49,534 bases of DNA. It comes from Craspedostauros australis. Its lineage: Eukaryota. Under the pieces are notes generated by a model. The model did no database searches. It was not told the origin of the DNA and saw only the letters and a list, made by a program, of their open reading frames with translations. Within the stretch, counting starts at the first letter, position 1. Every line of letters begins with the position of its first letter. Positions 45,101 to 49,534 of this stretch are shown piece by piece. The DNA lies in the NCBI GenBank assembly GCA_030167865.1, contig JALAGF010000849.1:1-49534 (forward strand), given 5' to 3'. A program made the position numbers and the translations under genes.

Positions 45101-46269
45101 TGCTGCCTCTCGATGTCCGACATGGTGCCGCGAGTCGAGGACATGTATGGCTGCGCTGTTGCTGCAGATGCGTTTGTCAGGGAAGATACTGATGCAGCCG
45201 TCGATGAGAATGGCCCAGCTGCTGCATTGGTGCCGTACTTATTGGCCACACCGCTGCTTGCATGAGATGGCGGCACCGGAGACGTACTTCTGCTGTTGGA
45301 GTTGGACGCGGATCCTCTGGTGTTGCCGATGTTGCTGGTGTTTGGGGTGGCTCCCATCGTGAGATTGCGTCCGGACTTGGAGGCCACCCGCATGCCGAGG
45401 GGGCTTCCATTCGAGCTGACGCCCGTTCCAACGTCAGTGCCTGCGGCATTGGTGTTTCTGTAGCTGCTGCGATTGCTCATGGGATCAGTATAGTCCGTGG
45501 AGTGGGATTGAATGAGGTTGGTTTGGCTACGCGTTGCGACGGCATTCTTTGCTGTGACACTGCGCAGAGACGGATCGCCGCCATACTCGTCGAGTGGAAT
45601 TGGCTGAGGCTTGCTGCCCAGCCTGCCGCGATAAGTAGCGCCAACTTCGTACTCGTCAATGCCGTTTGCGCTTGGTGTTGCGCTTGGTGTTGCAGTTGTG
45701 AATGCGCTGGCAGAGGAATTTGGCAAGTTCCTTGGCTGTCGGAACATGACTGCGTCGTAGTCCTCCCAGGAGGGCTCAGAGCTGGCTGGTTTGGCAGAGA
45801 GAGAGGAGGCGGCCATTGAGGTGGCCGTTGGAGTGACAGATCTGATGTCAGAGTGGCCGCTGCGAGGGGAAGTGGAGCCCAACGGGGAGACCAAGGCCGG
45901 CGACGAACTGGTCGAGAGATTGGCTGTGTTGATTGGCGCCAGCGATTTCGACTTGGCTGCAGATATGGATGGAGACGGAGCCCTGGACCTGGGTCTGGTC
46001 ATCCCAGCTCCAGTGCCCATGCCCAACGTCTTCGTTCTGGTCTTCGCCTTTGCCTTCGAGTTGGACGTGGTGGCAGAGGTGGACCCAGAGATGGACACAG
46101 AGGCGGACGCAGTCGCAGATGGGGAAGGAGAGGAGTCGTCGCCGTTGATCGCATTGGAGTACTGCTGATACTTGCGCTGCTGCTGCATTTCCTGATGTTT
46201 GCGATTCTGCGCAGCCGCCAGCCGCTGTGCGCGACGGCGCGAAGTCCGCTGGAGGGGTTGGGACATCAT
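42103..46269 (-). CDS. Large coiled-coil protein with a Ser/Thr/Ala-rich disordered N-terminal half
   Basis: The frame is open to 46512; probable ATG at 46269 (MMSQPLQ). Contains extensive heptad segments, a poly-Pro linker and an internal duplicated motif SL(E/A)NAKMII(T/S)SLE(T/K)AN.S...DLR..L. Confidence 0.88.
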   Translation of the reverse strand: MMSQPLQRTSRRRAQRLAAAQNRKHQEMQQQRKYQQYSNAINGDDSSPSPSATASASVSISGSTSATTSNSKAKAKTRTKTLGMGTGAGMTRPRSRAPSPSISAAKSKSLAPINTANLSTSSSPALVSPLGSTSPRSGHSDIRSVTPTATSMAASSLSAKPASSEPSWEDYDAVMFRQPRNLPNSSASAFTTATPSATPSANGIDEYEVGATYRGRLGSKPQPIPLDEYGGDPSLRSVTAKNAVATRSQTNLIQSHSTDYTDPMSNRSSYRNTNAAGTDVGTGVSSNGSPLGMRVASKSGRNLTMGATPNTSNIGNTRGSASNSNSRSTSPVPPSHASSGVANKYGTNAAAGPFSSTAASVSSLTNASAATAQPYMSSTRGTMSDIERQHLSQTDAYQRRNTASSMSSVTSVSSAGLVAMIQALQQAQQKQANAIIRSNINIDSNAETSSTTSTTSSIMAKLPPPKNLTPDELTLWNTFQTTLEKNQDTNTRIVELKQIIADKDIELELRQKLPSDTATISQLEEQMKQAEERHTQEKQEYTQSLRAIQRVMADLTAEKEQDQEEFENKMRHLEEKYKKQMEKASSALSPPPPPPPPAPSLPSSASTTSPASSSSPSGASPPRPRTASLTSRSSPPPRSPSSVAPVTSHDEKLASRIAQLKAELMEAKKKQNAYLDEKAAMKRDFDKKSRRVTNLERDLKTQRFHHKKHVEEITKLKSQISQLESKAAEESPSSSSPPAKTARGTDRETMKLRTEVVRQSKRVESLRNENSNLKAQLEKSVEQMEAAVADAAAASAAAVASAAVANDRSMPTPGGSNAATHGATNSTGSSNDEKDAITREKNEQIQSLTRELNDAKRDLDETKLDLDQTVASLENAKMIITSLETANSSLSNDLRGKLKAKEEELTYARQESTDRKHRLDTLATELRDLQMQHDSMKNSQIAKKNLYAQQKALIRRLESNVTDLQSAAVVHEVSVSTGAMDSGNANHVSEILGSTLKALQTIVKQSTEDVSQLSREEQQQPMQSQPSGNLSDDESVSSEIGRQVDNMIRSDREAAAKELRRENDEYRTKITSLQAALKESDTTIELMRKELSNVGQNEELEIHVLRAEVQSLQTQCATNMSILAKKERELSVLKSSLRIDDDDGGYISDDASDEEDEDLSSLVPPGSVVSSPSRLDGYGAKETEALATILAAQEGMPAGYMMQQSSPSPQQEEPQGPSAEVEALKKDVTKLASEREGVQKELQRERESLANAKMIISSLEKANKSMMEDLRSRLQDSNTAIASLLDKGMEHETTTNSLRAELEAMKQEKERIAQEYQEKERVAQEYEEKMQALKEQNKLLASQSNETGPSVSTDVTGPTTVMESSTAEDHVTGPISEEKKEETVGADA

Positions 46270-47401
46270 CTTGCCGTTGTCTTCGTCGTTGCTGTTGCTG
46301 TTGCTGTTGGCGTTGGCGTTGCTGTGGATGCGATGGAGATGGAGATAGTATTGGCAATGGCACGAGTATTGACAATGGAGACAACAGCTTTGCTTGCGAT
46401 TGCTACCGATTGCTTCCGATTGCTTGAACTGAAGGCAAATGCTGCTCTTCTCAACAGCAAACGCAGAGCGATTGTCTTGTTTCGCCTCTTGCGATGCTTG
46501 CACTTGTTGCAACTGCTACGTTTACGTATGTCCAATTAGGATGGCAATGGAGGTGGTGGTGGTGGTGGTGGCGGAAATGGAAATGGTACTCGTGAAGTCA
46601 GCGGAGTACTATTATACGATCTATCACACCAGTGCTCTCTCCTGCGCTGTTGCATTCGCATGGCAAGATTCGTGGTGTGTTGTTGTCATCATTGTCGTTG
46701 TTGTTCTTGTTGCCGTTCTTGTTGCCGTTGTCGTTGTTCTCCTTCTTGGTCTTGTTTCGGTTTGGTGGCATCGGCATCCGCAACGGGGGTTTCTTTCGGT
46801 TGATTGCGTTGAATTGTTCGTTTCTTGTTTGGGCCTCTCCACTTACTCCCAATTTGGACAAATTTGTTCACATCGCGCTTCCCTGTCACAACTGTGTGTC
46901 TTTCGTCCAAGGACATGTCAGCAGACTCCCGTTCTGCACATGAGTCCCATTGATTATCACGACTGCAACAATTAACATATTAATGAGTGAATATAATTGG
47001 TATAAACAAACCACACACGACTAGCCAATGAGAAAGGTCAGACATGCTTGTGGACAATAATTCAACGCACGCTTGGCGCAGGTGTGCTCGCGCACCTTTC
47101 TCGCCCAGCTGTCGTCGGTCGGAGTTGCACATGTCATCACCACCATCAACAGTTTCAGTCACATGAGTCGACGCGCCTGGATTCTTCGTCGGCAGATTTC
47201 GCCAGAAAAGGAGATGGAACAGCAACATCGCAAAGATACGCACCAACGCCAACACCAAAGCAAAGATCGCCACCATGGCGAAACATCAACATCGACAATA
47301 GCGGTGATGCCGATGCCGCAAGAGAGCGTGGCAAAACGCCTGCGGAGGATACTGAAAGATTCTGGTCACATCGTCAGCTCGTATGGAAGATGCCCGGAAA
47401 G

Positions 47402-48906
47402 ATGGCTTCAATGAAGACAATGAAGACAATGAAGCAGAAGGCCACTGCGGCAAGGCTGTTCATGGCATGGCTTGCCATCCTTTGCGTCCTGCGTCTCTCT
47501 CCGTCATCACAAACCTCTCGCAGTCATGGTCTGTGCCATGCGTTCCAGCCGTCTCCCTCGAACATGATATTCAGATCAGCATTCAAATCAGCATCTAGGT
47601 CAGCATCTAGGTCAGCATCTAGGTCAGGATCAAGGTCAGGATCATGGCCACAGTCGACACAGCGACTGACGCAGGCAGGACAACAGGCAGGACAACAGGC
47701 AGAATCACAACCACGGCAACGGAAGGGCTTCATCGAAGCTCCGCCGATCGAGACCAAGCCGGATTACGAGAACATACACGGACCGCTGGGCGCCTTCATG
47801 GATTCCGTCTTCCTCCGGGTCTTCCGGCGGCAGATGGCCATCGCTGTGGGTGCAGATTCAAAGCTGCCACAGACGGACTACCAGGGCATCATGGAGCTGT
47901 CTGCGGCGCTCAATGCGAAGTACTCCGACCGAACGCAGGTGCAAGACACGGCGCAGTCCGTGCTGCAGGCTTTGTTCCCGTCGTGGCTTCCGAGCAAGTA
48001 CGCCGTGCTCTTCGCTCGTCCTTTCCCTCAGGTATGATACATATCTAGCCGCAGATACATGGCATATGCAGGTGCATCCCATCTTGGTCGGCGAAGCATG
48101 CTATGGCTTCATCGCGGTCAGCTCGCGGTGCAACTGGCAGTCACGATGCTGATGTATGCCATCATGCCATTACGTCATCGCACGAACAGATAATGTGTGA
48201 TGGTCGCATTCGTGCCGCCATCCTTCTCACCTGCGCTATCTACCAATCTCTCCCTCTCACCCTCTTCGCTTTCCTCGATTGCATGGAATTCGATGACTCT
48301 GACTTCACAACATGTAACTTACGCATGGCCATCACAAATGAAAAACCGGAACCAACGTCACATCGGCATCGGCATGGACATGTCTGTACACACGTACGAT
48401 GTTGGCAGTTTTCAGCACGCATGAATGCGTGGGCGACCAAGTTGGGTGGGACCTGGCTGATGGGAGAGTGTGACGTCAACGACATCGAAATCGATGGCAA
48501 GACATACAAGGACCAAGGCCTGCTGGTCAAGCGATGTCGTTACTTGGAGGAGGGCGGATGCGCATCCATCTGCGTCAACAGCTGCAAGATACCCACGCAG
48601 AATTTCTTCATTCAGGACATGGGCCTGCCGCTCACGATGACGCCCGACTACGAGACCTTCGAATGCCAGTTTGCATTCGGTCAGATGCCGGATGAGCAAA
48701 CCGAGATGGAGGCTAAGATGACCCCGTGCCTTTCCAGATGTCCAACCATGGGCAGCATGCGAGAGTGGCATACAGGGACCGGCGGGGTCGCCAACGAGAC
48801 CATCGCCAACAGAGGGAGCAAGGCAGAATCAAAAGATCCTACAGGCCAAACGATTGGTTTGGAACAGCAGTGCCAATTCATGGAAGATGACACGAATTCT
48901 GGCTGA
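47402..48906 (+). CDS. D27: D27-like beta-carotene isomerase family protein (DUF4033), plastid-targeted, 2 exons (47402-48031; 48409-48906)
   Basis: Donor CAG|GTATGA at 48032 and acceptor CAG at 48408 (377-nt intron) give LFARPFPQ|FSARMNAWAT. The family motif is KRCRYLEEGGCASICVNSCKIPTQNFF..MGLPLTMTPDYETFECQFAFG. The signal-like N-terminus ends LCHA/FQP; the exact start Met is uncertain. Confidence 0.9.
47588..47644. repeat. Coding 12-bp tandem repeat encoding SASR/SGSR in the transit-peptide region
   Basis: TCAGCATCTAGG x3 followed by two TCAGGATCA(AGG) variants. Confidence 0.9.
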
Positions 48907-49534
48907 TTGGTTGGTATGTAGGCAAAGTACATAGTATAATGGATCGATTGAGTCGTTGACTGAATGCGATAAGCAGTGAGAGAAGCAAAGATGAATGGCA
49001 ATGCCAAACACACAGCTATGTGCCATAGGCACACTGTGCGACATGCCATTTGTGATGGCCGTCTCACCCAGTATGCTTGCCATGGCACCAAGTGCTCAAT
49101 CAAGCACCGTATCAACATTGGGCGCCTCCGTCTCTTCGTTCATTCGTTGATCCACTTGTCGGAGGCAAATGTATTTTGCACGAGCCTTGCCCGGTGTGAT
49201 TACATTGAGAACGAGAGCAAAAGAGAGGCAGCCCAAAAAGTTTGTTGCGCAGAACACTTTCGTCGCAACGCCCACATCAACTTACTCCTGCATAGTCGCA
49301 TAGAGTATGCTCCCCACAACACGCTACAAAGAAGCACCGCACACATGTACCAGTCGTTGTACTTGAAACGGTTTCCAATAAATGTCAAAGGACATTTCCG
49401 CCACCTGGGAGTTGAGGGAAATATGCATATATGTCATTTATATGGAAAATACGTTGTATCACTGTTCTACCAACAAACCCCGTTCGGGTTTGGTTTGTGC
49501 TCGTCAGTCCAATGTCGAACGCATACTGTAGTCT

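Noticed and set aside
48032-48408. Apparent split of D27 into two ORFs or a pseudogene
   Set aside because: A canonical GT-AG intron joins the two parts in frame.

Overview
Eukaryotic nuclear DNA, most consistent with a diatom. Evidence: GT-AG introns of 145-377 nt, bipartite plastid presequences with an A/F cleavage motif, a DUF6824-type domain, a diatom-type CxxC..H..C repeat protein and a nuclear sigma factor. The window holds about 14 protein genes and one tRNA-Ile(AAU). In order: the 3' part of a sigma-70-type factor; tRNA-Ile; a divergent Bmt5/DUF2431 methyltransferase-like protein carrying a C-terminal Z-alpha-like domain; a coiled-coil protein; three paralogous large Arg/Ser-rich disordered proteins sharing an 11-mer amphipathic module and a terminal W-[DE]-[LT] motif; a polyQ hypothetical protein; a tandem Cys/His-repeat protein; the FTR catalytic subunit; an HI0933/YhiN flavoprotein; a dynamin-like GTPase; a DUF6824 protein; a large coiled-coil protein; and a D27-like carotene isomerase. 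The two best leads are the methyltransferase-Z-alpha fusion and the three-paralog cluster. All family calls come from motif recognition by eye; no database search was run. Most other ORFs in the track are antisense or off-frame shadows.
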